From an uncultured virus (IMG/VR IMGVR_UViG_3300044953_000297) (Duplodnaviria > Heunggongvirae > Uroviricota > Caudoviricetes), in IMG/VR virus record IMGVR_UViG_3300044953_000297: a stretch of DNA of 59,088 nucleotides, one strand, 5' to 3'. How positions within the stretch are numbered: position 1 is the stretch's first letter; every line of letters starts with the position of its first letter. Below are positions 40,613-50,102 of the stretch, one piece after another. The position numbers and the translations under genes are program-made. The notes beneath the pieces are model-generated. The model saw only the letters and a program-made list of their open reading frames with translations, searched no databases and was not told the origin of the DNA.

Positions 40613-41451
40613 AGTAGTTTAGTTAAATATTGTTTATATTCGCAATTTGGCAATTTGTCAATTAAATTTTCGAATTGCGCTTTATTTATTAATTTTCTTT
40701 TCAAGCACTCTTCTTCTATACATCCTATTTTTATACCCTGTCTGGATTGTAGTGTGTAAACATAAGCACTGCTTTGAAACAATGTTTCCGCGCTACCGGC
40801 GTCTAACCACGCTGTGCCTCTTGCAAATTTTATAGCAGTTAGATCACCTTTATCAAGATATATTAAGTTTAAATCAGTTATTTCAAGTTCTCCTCTCGCA
40901 GAGGGTTTGAGCGTTTTTGCGTAATTAATAACATTATTATCATAAAAGTATAAACCAGGCACCGCATAATTGCTTTTGGGTTGTTTTGGTTTTTCTTCTA
41001 TACTTAGTACTTTGTTATCTTCACCAAACTCGATAACGCCATATGATGTGGGATTATTTACTTCATATCCAAAAATAACTGCGCCTTTAAGGGTCGGTTT
41101 GACTCTAGGCGTTCCGTGGAAAATATTATCACCCAATATTAATGCCACATTATCTTCACCAATAAAATCTTCGGCGATAATAAAACTTTCAGCAATTCCT
41201 CTTGGCTTGTACTGAACTTTATAAGTGATTTTCAATCCTAATTGACTGCCGTCTCCGAATAATTTTTCATATAAAGGTAAATAATTCGGCGAAGAAATTA
41301 TGCAAAATTCCGTTATTCCACATTTTAGTAAAGTGTAAAGTGGATAATAAATCATTGGCTTATCGTAGACAGGCAATAATTGTTTATTTATAGTTGAAGT
41401 TAATGGGTAAAGTCGGCTACCAACCCCCCCAGACAAAATTATACCTTTCAT
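40609..41451 (-). CDS. rfbA: Glucose-1-phosphate thymidylyltransferase
   Basis: KGIILSGGVGSRLYPLT..KQLLPVYDKPMIYYPL, LGDNIF, EEKP, SARGELEITD. Confidence 0.95.
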   Translation of the reverse strand: MKGIILSGGVGSRLYPLTSTINKQLLPVYDKPMIYYPLYTLLKCGITEFCIISSPNYLPLYEKLFGDGSQLGLKITYKVQYKPRGIAESFIIAEDFIGEDNVALILGDNIFHGTPRVKPTLKGAVIFGYEVNNPTSYGVIEFGEDNKVLSIEEKPKQPKSNYAVPGLYFYDNNVINYAKTLKPSARGELEITDLNLIYLDKGDLTAIKFARGTAWLDAGSAETLFQSSAYVYTLQSRQGIKIGCIEEECLKRKLINKAQFENLIDKLPNCEYKQYLTKLL

Positions 41452-41495
41452 GTATTTATATGTATTTTACGAACATATTTAAAATTTTTTATATA

Positions 41496-41523
41496 TTGAC
41501 TGAGTGTAAAAATGCGTTACGAT
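41496..41523 (+). promoter_or_regulatory. sigma70-like promoter
   Basis: TTGACT-16nt-TACGAT at the start of the plus-strand gene run. Confidence 0.5.
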
Positions 41524-41529
41524 GTGATA

Positions 41530-41763
41530 ATGGAAACAGAGCTAACTATTAAAAATAAAGTAAAAAACCCAATCTTAATTCAACATGATGATTTAAAGTT
41601 TGACGGTAAAAATATTACCATTCCAAGTTATTATGTTGACACTGTGTTGGAGTATTTAAAAGATTGGAAACTGGATGGAGTTCCACAGGTTGATATTGAG
41701 GACTATCAATCATTTCGTAATTTTTTATATGATATCCAGGAATATAAAAATCGAGGAAACTAA
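41530..41763 (+). CDS. hypothetical protein
   Basis: Second Met (METEL) of track ORF 41512..41763 lies downstream of the promoter. Confidence 0.55.
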   Translation: METELTIKNKVKNPILIQHDDLKFDGKNITIPSYYVDTVLEYLKDWKLDGVPQVDIEDYQSFRNFLYDIQEYKNRGN

Positions 41764-42467
41764 TGACAATGAAAGAAATACTGATATTCAGCCACAATTA
41801 TCTAATAAATAACTGGTACGATGTTGTAAGTGAGCAGCTAATATTGTTAGTAAAAAGTGAGTTGTATGAAAATTCCACGACAATATATTATTGTGGATAT
41901 GGGGATGATGAACTTCAGATTCATAAATTTGTGAGTCTCTTAAAAAAGACTGACATTAAGAAAAAAATTTACATTTTAATTTTTCCCTATAACGACCGGG
42001 AAAAAAGTACAATTTCATTTCTGCAACGGATTTGCAAATCTCATAACAATGCTTATGTCTTATATTATCATACAAAAGGAGTTTACTCCGCATGTGTAGA
42101 AAATTCAAAAAATGCTAAAACTGTAAATTCTTGGCGGGATGTTTTAAATTATTTTAATATTGAAAACTGGAAAAAATCTATAAGCGCTTTAGATAGTCAC
42201 GATATTTGTGGAGTATTATATGCAAATTGGCACATAAGTGGTGTAAATGGAGATCCTGATAGGTTCTCACATTTTTACGCTGGAAATTTTTGGTGGACAA
42301 CTTCAAATTACATCAATAAATTGCCAGATGCCAATTTGATGAATAATTATAATGACATGGAAACGTTTATAACATCAATACCTCATCGTTGGGCCAATGG
42401 GGAAGTGCAATGCGCTGGCAATATATATAATATTTATTTCGACCCAAAAGAATATAGAAAGAATTAA
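41763..42467 (+). CDS. glycosyltransferase-associated hypothetical protein
   Basis: VLYYHTKG, SWR, HFYAGNFWW..YI..LP motif. Confidence 0.6.
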   Translation: MTMKEILIFSHNYLINNWYDVVSEQLILLVKSELYENSTTIYYCGYGDDELQIHKFVSLLKKTDIKKKIYILIFPYNDREKSTISFLQRICKSHNNAYVLYYHTKGVYSACVENSKNAKTVNSWRDVLNYFNIENWKKSISALDSHDICGVLYANWHISGVNGDPDRFSHFYAGNFWWTTSNYINKLPDANLMNNYNDMETFITSIPHRWANGEVQCAGNIYNIYFDPKEYRKN

Positions 42468-42470
42468 TTT

Positions 42471-43052
42471 ATGGGAATGTTTGATGACATAACGTGTAAA
42501 TATCCCCTTCCTTTACCCGCAGATACCAAAGGATATTTTCCAGAAAACTTTCAAACCAAAGATTTTGACTGTGCCTTGGATTTTTATGAAATCCGTGAAG
42601 ACGGTACACTCTGGCTTCGTGAATGTGAACGAGAATACATTGGGGGCGACCCCAAAGGTAAAACTTGGTCAGAAAAGCGTGGTGTTGTAAAAGAAACCAA
42701 AGTTTGGTGGACTCAAGTAAATGCGACAAAAACGATTAGTATGTATAATTCCCAACGAGGTGACGGTGAATATGATTATTGGATTGAATTTTTAATTGTG
42801 TTTGTTAACGGCGTTGTTGATAAGATTGATCTTGTAGAGTTTGACGCAACTGATAATGGTGAAAGAAAAGAATCATACAAGAAATTTGCAGAGGAAATGA
42901 AACTTAGGATGGAGTTTGAAAAAACACTACGATATAAAATGTTTTACGGACCATACAATAAAATCTTAAGGTTTGTTTTTAAATTAGCGTCTAAAGTCAA
43001 CGGATACATTTGTAATAACTTATGGAAGTGGGAAAGAAAATTGAGCATATGA
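42471..43052 (+). CDS. conserved hypothetical phage protein
   Basis: MGMFDDITC..FQTKDFDCAL..YEI..DGTL..WIEF. Confidence 0.7.
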   Translation: MGMFDDITCKYPLPLPADTKGYFPENFQTKDFDCALDFYEIREDGTLWLRECEREYIGGDPKGKTWSEKRGVVKETKVWWTQVNATKTISMYNSQRGDGEYDYWIEFLIVFVNGVVDKIDLVEFDATDNGERKESYKKFAEEMKLRMEFEKTLRYKMFYGPYNKILRFVFKLASKVNGYICNNLWKWERKLSI

Positions 43053-43306
43053 AGGATCAAGATTCAAAATTTTTGATATGCGACTGTTTCAGTCACGGAC
43101 TCCTTGTTGAAAAATTTAAAGATGAAGAGGAAATCAGCATCAGCGTGTTTGAACGAGGCTTAGAAGGGCGAATCTTGTCTTGGAAAGAAAGACTAAGATG
43201 GTGCTGGCAAATCATTAGACATGGAAGACCGTGGTCAGATTTTGTGATATTAAACATTGAGAATCAAAAAAAATTAAAAGAGTTTTTACGTGCATCTACT
43301 AAATAA
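43049..43306 (+). CDS. hypothetical protein
   Basis: ATGA overlap with the previous stop codon. Confidence 0.55.
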   Translation: MKDQDSKFLICDCFSHGLLVEKFKDEEEISISVFERGLEGRILSWKERLRWCWQIIRHGRPWSDFVILNIENQKKLKEFLRASTK

Positions 43307-43826
43307 AACAAAAACCTACCTTGTAGGACATATGCAATATGCGGATGGATCTAGTTGGAGACGATATGTTAGACAACAATTGTCCCCAATGGGTATTACG
43401 GTATTCGATCCATATGACAAACCTTTTATTAAAGATGTGGCTGAAGGATATGAAATCAGAAAGTCGTTGTCAGAACTGATATCTAACAACAAATATGATG
43501 ATGTGCAAGAAAGAATGAAAGAAATTCGCATTTACGATTTAAATTTGGTAGATAGAAGTGATTTTATTATTGCACATATTCTTCCAGAAGTTGCTAGTTG
43601 GGGAAGTGCGGAAGAATTAGTAACCGCTAATAGATCAAAGAAACCCATATTCTTAAGCGTAGAAGGTGGAAAAAATAAATGTCCATTATGGATATTGGGA
43701 ATGTTGCCTCACAGATATGTATATAATAGCTTATCGGAGATAATATCAACAATAATCGGAATAAACAGTGGATTTGTTGAGATCGATAGTGCTAGATGGA
43801 GACTACTAAGGGAGGAATATAGATAA
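43290..43826 (+). CDS. nucleoside 2-deoxyribosyltransferase-like protein
   Basis: TYLVGHM..WR..FDP..DLNLVDRSDFII..SWGSAEEL..KKPI. Confidence 0.72.
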   Translation: MHLLNKTKTYLVGHMQYADGSSWRRYVRQQLSPMGITVFDPYDKPFIKDVAEGYEIRKSLSELISNNKYDDVQERMKEIRIYDLNLVDRSDFIIAHILPEVASWGSAEELVTANRSKKPIFLSVEGGKNKCPLWILGMLPHRYVYNSLSEIISTIIGINSGFVEIDSARWRLLREEYR

Positions 43827-44018
43827 CATGAATCCAAACGAATTTGAAAGAACAAAACCTACAATAACTATGAAAAAAATCAATGACCCAATAAAACTCA
43901 TTGATGAAGAACGAGTCAAAACCGAAATTTTATATATAGAGATAGAATTAGAAGTCTTGAGGACATCAGCTTACTAATTAAAGATATGAAAACTAGTTTT
44001 AAAAAAGGAGAATAATTT

Positions 44019-44384
44019 ATGAATAAAAATGGACAAAAAATTTTAATGTATGCCGAGGTTGGTAGAAAACTATCGGAAGTTCAAGATACATATGTTACTA
44101 ATATTGTTGATGAACTATTAAAAATTCATCCGGACATCAACGAAATTAATCCAGAGGATTCGGCGGAAAATTGGGCATATGATATTATAAATGCTAGTGA
44201 TAATCACGAAGTTATTGAAACTTTAAATAGATTAAACGATATCTTACAAGAAAAAAGAAGCACAAATAAAGAATTGTCAAAAGAAGAAAGATTAAATATT
44301 AAAAATAAGGAGTTAATGGAGTATATTGGTAAACTTGAAAGAGAGTTGTCAATAGTAAAATCCGTTCATGAAAGTAATTATTAA
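44019..44384 (+). CDS. hypothetical protein
   Basis: AGGAG Shine-Dalgarno upstream. Confidence 0.65.
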   Translation: MNKNGQKILMYAEVGRKLSEVQDTYVTNIVDELLKIHPDINEINPEDSAENWAYDIINASDNHEVIETLNRLNDILQEKRSTNKELSKEERLNIKNKELMEYIGKLERELSIVKSVHESNY

Positions 44385-44388
44385 TTTC

Positions 44389-44411
44389 AATCCGCTTCGG
44401 CGGGTTTTTTT
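44389..44411 (+). terminator. Rho-independent terminator
   Basis: ATCCGC-TTCG-GCGGGT followed by a T run. Confidence 0.8.
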
Positions 44412-44417
44412 ATTTCT

Positions 44418-44445
44418 TTGACTTCCATGAAATTTGTGGTATGAT
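44418..44445 (+). promoter_or_regulatory. sigma70-like promoter
   Basis: TTGACT-16nt-TATGAT with TG extension. Confidence 0.65.
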
Positions 44446-44451
44446 GACTAT

Positions 44452-44703
44452 ATGATTAACTGTGGATGTGGAAAAGAAATTCATTCTGAGCGTCATGCTT
44501 TGGGATACAAGGTGTGTCTTGACTGTGGAGACAAACATGCTATTAAAAATAAAAAATATGGTTATGTCAGTTATGGACACAAAACTGCTGGTGCTATTGT
44601 AGTGACCAGTAAAAAAGCGTTTGATAACTATACTAAAGTGAGTTATCGAATGGGTAAATCGAGTAATATGGGATATGCAAGTCGTTTGACCACATCATTT
44701 TAA
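44452..44703 (+). CDS. small zinc-finger protein (DksA/TraR-finger-like)
   Basis: CGCGKEIHSERHALGYKVCLDCG. Confidence 0.6.
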   Translation: MINCGCGKEIHSERHALGYKVCLDCGDKHAIKNKKYGYVSYGHKTAGAIVVTSKKAFDNYTKVSYRMGKSSNMGYASRLTTSF

Positions 44704-44715
44704 TATTTATTATAC

Positions 44716-44970
44716 ATGACATCTAAACAATATAAAATTGCATACGATAAGTTGTTTAATCAATTGCCTAAGCGGAAACAATTGGCGGTCAAAGAGGATA
44801 GTAAAAAAAACAACTGGAGTGGTATTTTAACAGATTTTGTGAGGGGTGTTATTTATAACGCTGAAAAAGAATTTGATCAGAATCAACTGACAATGGTTGA
44901 TGAAGTTTCACCTTCTAATGCAGAAAAAGGAACAAAACCTTCAAAAAAATTGAAAAATAAAAAGATTTGA
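44716..44970 (+). CDS. hypothetical protein
   Basis: ATG after TATTTAT. Confidence 0.55.
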   Translation: MTSKQYKIAYDKLFNQLPKRKQLAVKEDSKKNNWSGILTDFVRGVIYNAEKEFDQNQLTMVDEVSPSNAEKGTKPSKKLKNKKI

Positions 44971-44995
44971 CATTCTATAAAATCTTTACTACAGT
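44967..44995 (+). promoter_or_regulatory. sigma70-like promoter
   Basis: TTGACA-17nt-TACAGT. Confidence 0.6.
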
Positions 44996-45004
44996 AAAGG
45001 TACT

Positions 45005-45544
45005 ATGAATGTTTTGGATCATCTTAAGTCTAGTTCTGTAGACGAAATCAAGAGTTACTGTAAGAATACATGTATTGATGCAGGGGCTGCAATGATGCAC
45101 GTTGGTGGAGATTTTAATCTATCCACCTTGGTTCGTAATGCCAATTTTTTTGGATTCAAGGAAGCATTTTATGTAGGGGGATCCAAGAAGTGGGACCGTC
45201 GTGGTACGGTTGGAACGCATCATTACACCGATCTTAAGCATATTAAGACCGAAGAAGACTTCATTACTTATTGTAAGTTGAATTCTTACACCATTATTTC
45301 TGTCGAGAATAACATCCCAGAGCACAGTGATAAGACCGTATCTATTTTCAATCAATGGGTGTTTTCTGGAGTTGACAAGCCAATGTTCGTATTTGGAGAA
45401 GAAAAGATGGGATTGAGCAATTATATTCTTGAAAACAGTGAATTTATTATTACCGTCCCAGCTTTTGGTAGTGTACGTTCGTTGAATGTTGGAACAACTA
45501 GCGGAATCGTGATGTCTTTTTATAGAAACTGTAACAATATTTAA
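45005..45544 (+). CDS. SpoU/TrmH-family RNA methyltransferase
   Basis: FNLSTLVRNANFFG, FVFGEEKMGLS, VPAFGSVRSLNVGTTSGI (SPOUT motifs). Confidence 0.88.
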   Translation: MNVLDHLKSSSVDEIKSYCKNTCIDAGAAMMHVGGDFNLSTLVRNANFFGFKEAFYVGGSKKWDRRGTVGTHHYTDLKHIKTEEDFITYCKLNSYTIISVENNIPEHSDKTVSIFNQWVFSGVDKPMFVFGEEKMGLSNYILENSEFIITVPAFGSVRSLNVGTTSGIVMSFYRNCNNI

Positions 45545-45558
45545 CAATAAATAAAAAT

Positions 45559-45771
45559 ATGAGTACACAAACTGTATATGATGGTAATGGTCGTAGGGCC
45601 GGATATTACAACGAAATGAGCAATGTCATTTATGCACACGACTCTAATGGTCGTAATGTAGGATATTATAATAAAAGTACAAATACTACATTTGATAAAA
45701 ATGGCAGACGATATGGTTTTGGAAATCTAGTTACTTCACTAATTATGGAGTCACATCAAAATGGTCGTTGA
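45559..45771 (+). CDS. small beta-repeat protein
   Basis: Three D-x-N-G-R repeats. Confidence 0.6.
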   Translation: MSTQTVYDGNGRRAGYYNEMSNVIYAHDSNGRNVGYYNKSTNTTFDKNGRRYGFGNLVTSLIMESHQNGR

Positions 45772-45796
45772 CAAAAAGATAATTGTGTGGTAATAT
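45768..45796 (+). promoter_or_regulatory. sigma70-like promoter
   Basis: TTGACA-17nt-TAATAT with TG extension. Confidence 0.65.
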
Positions 45797-45837
45797 GAAG
45801 TTGTAGTCGGTAAACAAAATAAAAAAATATAAATAAA

Positions 45838-46098
45838 ATGAGCAATACAAATAAGACTGGGCGTAAGCCTACTCAACTAAACGAAATCACTGACCGTGCT
45901 TTTACGGTTGTTGATTTGATCAACCTAAACACCAATGTTAAGGCTCTTACTGTTAGGATGTATGTTAAACGAAATGTTGAACAGGGGCGATATGTAATCA
46001 CTGGTACATTTAAGAGTGGTAAGCGTGGTAAGCCTAGTACTACTTATACCTTCGTGCAGTCACAGACTGCAAATGTAACTGAAAAGATTGCTTCTTAA
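45838..46098 (+). CDS. small basic, possibly winged-helix DNA-binding protein
   Basis: FTVVDL..LTVRMYV..GKRGKPSTTY. Confidence 0.5.
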   Translation: MSNTNKTGRKPTQLNEITDRAFTVVDLINLNTNVKALTVRMYVKRNVEQGRYVITGTFKSGKRGKPSTTYTFVQSQTANVTEKIAS

Positions 46099-46182
46099 AA
46101 AATTATTTGGGGGTTATATACAAATAAAAATATATGACCTTTTAAATTTAAAATATATTTATTATTAAAGATAAATACTAAC

Positions 46183-46338
46183 ATGGGAAAGAGTTGGAAA
46201 GATAAGAATCGTAGGGATAAGTGGGACAACTACGGTAAGGGTGGAGCCAAAAAGTCTAAGAAGTTTGGCCACAATCAAAGGTCAGTTAAACAAAATAATA
46301 AGTGGGACAATTATGAAGACTACTCAGAAGGTTATTGA
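46183..46338 (+). CDS. small basic protein (not in ORF track)
   Basis: MGKSWKDKNRRDKWDNY..KWDNYEDYSEGY, 51 aa, after TATTTAT. Confidence 0.5.
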   Translation: MGKSWKDKNRRDKWDNYGKGGAKKSKKFGHNQRSVKQNNKWDNYEDYSEGY

Positions 46339-46495
46339 TAATCTAAAAAGTAAGATTGTGGATCGTAAATTGCAAATGAATGACTCGTACAGTGAGTACA
46401 TTTATAAGTCGGCAATTAAGTCAACTGTAAATGAAATGATTGGTCTCGAACCAGAGTATCTGGACACCAAAAATCTACCGCATGTAGGTCAATAA
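46313..46495 (+). CDS. hypothetical protein
   Basis: MKTTQKVIDNLK.. part of track ORF 46241..46495. Confidence 0.45.
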   Translation: MKTTQKVIDNLKSKIVDRKLQMNDSYSEYIYKSAIKSTVNEMIGLEPEYLDTKNLPHVGQ

Positions 46496-46535
46496 TAAAT
46501 AAATTTAAAGGTGGGTAAAACCACTTTTTTTGTTA

Positions 46536-46564
46536 TTGACTTTTTATATTGATTGTGTTATGAT
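46536..46564 (+). promoter_or_regulatory. sigma70-like promoter
   Basis: TTGACT-17nt-TATGAT with TG extension, just after a terminator-like hairpin. Confidence 0.65.
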
Positions 46565-46570
46565 TTAATA

Positions 46571-46783
46571 ATGATTAACAATCAAGAATTATATTCTAAG
46601 AGCCTAAAGGATTGTCCGCCACAATATCGTATCGGTGATAAGGTAAAGACCAGTCAAGGTATCAGTTATATTAACGGACACGTTTTCAAGGAAAGAGAAA
46701 AAGTTTGGAAATATACAATGTATCCACATGGATTGAAAAATTTTTTAATTGATGTTGACACTGTATATGTAAAGGTAGAATAA
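46571..46783 (+). CDS. hypothetical protein
   Basis: MINNQELY.. downstream of the promoter. Confidence 0.55.
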   Translation: MINNQELYSKSLKDCPPQYRIGDKVKTSQGISYINGHVFKEREKVWKYTMYPHGLKNFLIDVDTVYVKVE

Positions 46784-47307
46784 GTTATGGAACCAGATTC
46801 AAATGAGCAAATTTTAGCGAATCTAATGGATAATATCAGAAATTTACATGAAGAAAACGCTAAGCTATCTCAAGAGGTTGAACGATTGCGAGAAGAAAAT
46901 AAAGAATTAAATCGTAAATTAAAAAGTATACAAGCATTGTTCTTATGAAGAATATTTTTTGGGAAAAATGTTCCTCCATCAATTATTGGTATGATGTTGA
47001 TTTTGATTTATGTTGGAGTTGCATCACTGTTTGATAAAGGCGAAGAATGATTATACATGTTCCAGACAACATAAAACAAAAATATCCAAACTTTGAGTTT
47101 AGAGGTAGACAAAAAGAAGTTAAGGGTAGAATTGTTATTGATGCGTTTAATCGTGCAACCGATCAAAGTTTTCAATATAGCTTTGACGAGGACTTTTTTT
47201 TGGTTTGCTGAACAATGTGAGGGTATGATAAACAATAGAACCCATTATTAATTTGATGGGTTTTATTTTTTGTATATATTTATACTTTATAGGAATATTT
47301 TAAACTT

Positions 47308-47979
47308 ATGAGCGATAAACTAAACGAAACATTTGCAAAACATTCAGGTTTGTTAAAGAACAAACTAAATGAAGGATGGAATGACAATGAAGATAAGATG
47401 TTGGACTATCTTCAACGATTAGCAGACAATGATAGTGATAATTTTTATGATGCAATGCGTGATTTCAAAGGATCATTTGGATACACACCAAGTATTCGTA
47501 AACGTACTTCTTCACACAGTTCTCGTCAATCATTGACTGGTAAAACATTGTATTTTTATAATGTACCATCTGACAAACAAAATGATGCGTATCGTTTGCT
47601 TAAGAAGACCAAGAGTGGAAAGTGGTATAGTCTTGTTCCAAATCCAGAAGCCGATAAACTATTTGGAAAAGGTAGACCTTGGACCGCAAAACGATTGACA
47701 CAGATTATCGAAGATTTAGCTAAACCACAAGTTAAAGAAGCTGTGGATCCATCTTTATTAAAATTAATAGATGAAGTTATACGCGACACAAATGTTTTGG
47801 TTGTAAATAACTTAAAAATAATAAAAAATATAATATCTAAAGAACCAATTGATAAAGCTAAATTGGATGTAGCTTTAAGTAATTATAAACGTTATTTTAA
47901 TAGAGACAATGGTGGTACACCTGAAGTAATTCGTGGCACAACCATGCAAAGCAAACTAGACAAATTATCAAACGGTTAA
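47308..47979 (+). CDS. modular hypothetical protein, possibly virion-associated
   Basis: TATTTATA upstream; LNE and VKE module boundaries. Confidence 0.65.
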   Translation: MSDKLNETFAKHSGLLKNKLNEGWNDNEDKMLDYLQRLADNDSDNFYDAMRDFKGSFGYTPSIRKRTSSHSSRQSLTGKTLYFYNVPSDKQNDAYRLLKKTKSGKWYSLVPNPEADKLFGKGRPWTAKRLTQIIEDLAKPQVKEAVDPSLLKLIDEVIRDTNVLVVNNLKIIKNIISKEPIDKAKLDVALSNYKRYFNRDNGGTPEVIRGTTMQSKLDKLSNG

Positions 47980-48095
47980 CTTGGATTGAAAACAGACATT
48001 CTACTATGGGTGAATCCAACATCGTTAAAGATATTGATGCAGGGTTTATTGCTGTAGGACAAAATTGGAACGGTAAACATGTGGTACAAACACAA

Positions 48096-48234
48096 AAGAG
48101 TGTACTGGACTTTTTTGGAAACCTATTACCCCGAAATATTTGAAAATAAAATAAATCGGTAGGGTTTTTATTACTATGTATATGCTGATAGTCAATAACG
48201 GCTATCATAACACACACAAACACAAAAGGAAATA
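48096..48234 (+). repeat. Direct repeat R1, copy 1 (139 bp, structured leader plus RBS)
   Basis: Nearly identical to 49572..49710 (2 mismatches seen). Confidence 0.92.
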
Positions 48235-48235
48235 T

Positions 48236-48451
48236 ATGTCAGATAATAATAAAACTCCCTACGAACTACGTTGGGATATATTGAGAGAAATGATCACCGT
48301 CACTCAAAATGAGTGGTTCACAAAGAAAGATATTGCTGAACGTAATGCAGAAAAGAGTGGAAAACAAATAGAATATTTGGGCGACTTTCCTCTACAAACT
48401 GCGGTTGAAAGAGCGGAGAATGTATATAATCAATTCATCTGTAAGAAATAA
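48236..48451 (+). CDS. conserved small phage protein (KTPYELR type)
   Basis: MSDNNKTPYELRWDIL..AENVYNQFI; AAGGA SD upstream of ATG 48236. Confidence 0.7.
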   Translation: MSDNNKTPYELRWDILREMITVTQNEWFTKKDIAERNAEKSGKQIEYLGDFPLQTAVERAENVYNQFICKK

Positions 48452-48483
48452 TAAATAAATAAAAAGTTAATGTTCCGTGTATT

Positions 48484-48555
48484 AAAACACTTGACCACTG
48501 TGACCACCCGTGTTATAGTGGTCTTGTTATTGGTACACACAAGTAAATCAAAAAA
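48484..48555 (+). promoter_or_regulatory. Repeated promoter cassette P1, copy 1
   Basis: TTGACC-17nt-TATAGT (48491-48519) with TG extension; repeated at 51583..51650. Confidence 0.8.
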
Positions 48556-48557
48556 CT

Positions 48558-49550
48558 ATGATTGAAAAATTGACTCAACTGCAACAAGATAATTTGCCCG
48601 GATACGTTAAAAAATGGGTTGATATTGGAATCAATACCGATGAGATTGACTTTTTGGAATGCGTAAATCAAATCAAGAAAGCGTACGAAGTGGTTGGCCT
48701 TGCTTCTCCTACTTATTTTATCGGTCCAGTAAATAATCCGTATGAAGCCGCAGTAGCAGAATACATTATTGGCCAATTTAGCAAAGAAAAAAAACAGTTC
48801 AACAATCCGGCGCATTTGAATCAAATGGTCTTGGAAGAAATACAAAATCAAATTAAGAGTAGTAATACTGGGAATACAAAGAGTAAATTGTCCATTTCTA
48901 ATCAGGCGTATGGGTTTCAAGAGTATTGGTTGAGTTACTATGATTTTTTTATAAATGAATGCAACCTTGCAATTAATCTCGTTAAACCGCTTATTGATCT
49001 TAGCAAAGTTTGCGGTTGGTGGACTCCGTTGAAGGACGTGGCTATCATTCAGCACCGGCCTCTTGAAATTCATCGTGACAACGCCGGTCGTTTACACAAT
49101 GCTGATGGTGCTGCCGTCAGATATCTAGGTATTGGTGCTGATGTCTTTTTTATTCACGGTGTTCGCGTGACCAAAAAGATAATTGACCGTGATTTCACTG
49201 CTGATGACATCGAAAAAGAATCTAATGCTGAAGTTCGGCGTGTGATGATTGAGATATATGGACAAGCCAACTTCTTGATTGAAAGTTGTGCAGTTAAAAT
49301 TCATGAGGACGATTTTGGTGTATTATATCGAAAAGACTTACGCAATGACGAGCCATTGATGATGGTAAAAGTTGTTAATTCTACTATTGAATCCGATGGA
49401 ACATTCAAGGATTATTTTATTCGTGTTGACCCTAACGCTTATGGTGGAATCAAAACTGCACACGCTGCTGTAGCTTCGACATGGAGAAATAAGGATGGAA
49501 GCATGCTCTTTAATAAACCAGAAGACTATAATTGTGATATTCAAACTTAA
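48558..49550 (+). CDS. DUF6745-like protein
   Basis: WLSYYDFF, CGWWTP, RPLEIHRDNAGRLHNADGAAVRY, HGVRV, NAEVRRVMIE, VVNST..DGTFKDYFIRV..AVASTW. Confidence 0.8.
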   Translation: MIEKLTQLQQDNLPGYVKKWVDIGINTDEIDFLECVNQIKKAYEVVGLASPTYFIGPVNNPYEAAVAEYIIGQFSKEKKQFNNPAHLNQMVLEEIQNQIKSSNTGNTKSKLSISNQAYGFQEYWLSYYDFFINECNLAINLVKPLIDLSKVCGWWTPLKDVAIIQHRPLEIHRDNAGRLHNADGAAVRYLGIGADVFFIHGVRVTKKIIDRDFTADDIEKESNAEVRRVMIEIYGQANFLIESCAVKIHEDDFGVLYRKDLRNDEPLMMVKVVNSTIESDGTFKDYFIRVDPNAYGGIKTAHAAVASTWRNKDGSMLFNKPEDYNCDIQT

Positions 49551-49571
49551 TCAATAACTAACAAATCATAC

Positions 49572-49710
49572 AAGAGTGTACTGGACTTTTTTGGAAACCT
49601 ACTACTCCGAAATATTTGAAAATAAAATAAATCGGTAGGGTTTTTATTACTATGTATATGCTGATAGTCAATAACGGCTATCATAACACACACAAACACA
49701 AAAGGAAATA
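49572..49710 (+). repeat. Direct repeat R1, copy 2
   Basis: Nearly identical to 48096..48234. Confidence 0.92.
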
Positions 49711-49712
49711 AT

Positions 49713-50039
49713 ATGTGCAAAAAATCAAATAAAAAATCGGTATATCGTCAAGGTGATGTCTTGATTCTGCCAATCAATGAAATTCCTAACAATTTGAACC
49801 GAACAAAACGTGTGACTCTTGCTCTTGGAGAAGTCACCGGACATCATCATAGCATTTCAGATGGTGCTGTTGGATACGCGGATGACTCAGATGCCTTGGC
49901 AGATTATTTTGAGGTGAATGATGAATCTGCCGATTTAACTCATCAAGAACACGATACTATCACTCTTCCAAAGGGTAAATACCGTAAAGTCATTCAAGTA
50001 GAATACACTCCAGAAGCTATCAGAAATGTTGCTGATTGA
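49713..50039 (+). CDS. His-rich conserved protein, usual genomic partner of DUF6745
   Basis: YRQGDVLI..LALGEVTGHHH..LTHQEHDTITLPKGKYRKVIQVEY. Confidence 0.8.
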   Translation: MCKKSNKKSVYRQGDVLILPINEIPNNLNRTKRVTLALGEVTGHHHSISDGAVGYADDSDALADYFEVNDESADLTHQEHDTITLPKGKYRKVIQVEYTPEAIRNVAD

Positions 50040-50076
50040 GTATGTATAAGTAATCAAAATAATGACAGACAGTTTT

Positions 50077-50102
50077 AAGGGATTATATAAAAATCCCTTT
50101 TT
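50077..50102 (+). terminator. terminator-like hairpin directly before the mini-gene array
   Basis: AAGGGATT-ATATAAA-AATCCCTT then TTT and ATG 50103. Confidence 0.55.

Noticed and set aside
48176..48235. N-terminal extension MYMLIVNNGYHNTHKHKRKY of track ORF 48176..48451
   Set aside because: This is the repeated non-coding leader. The SD-preceded ATG at 48236 is the better start.
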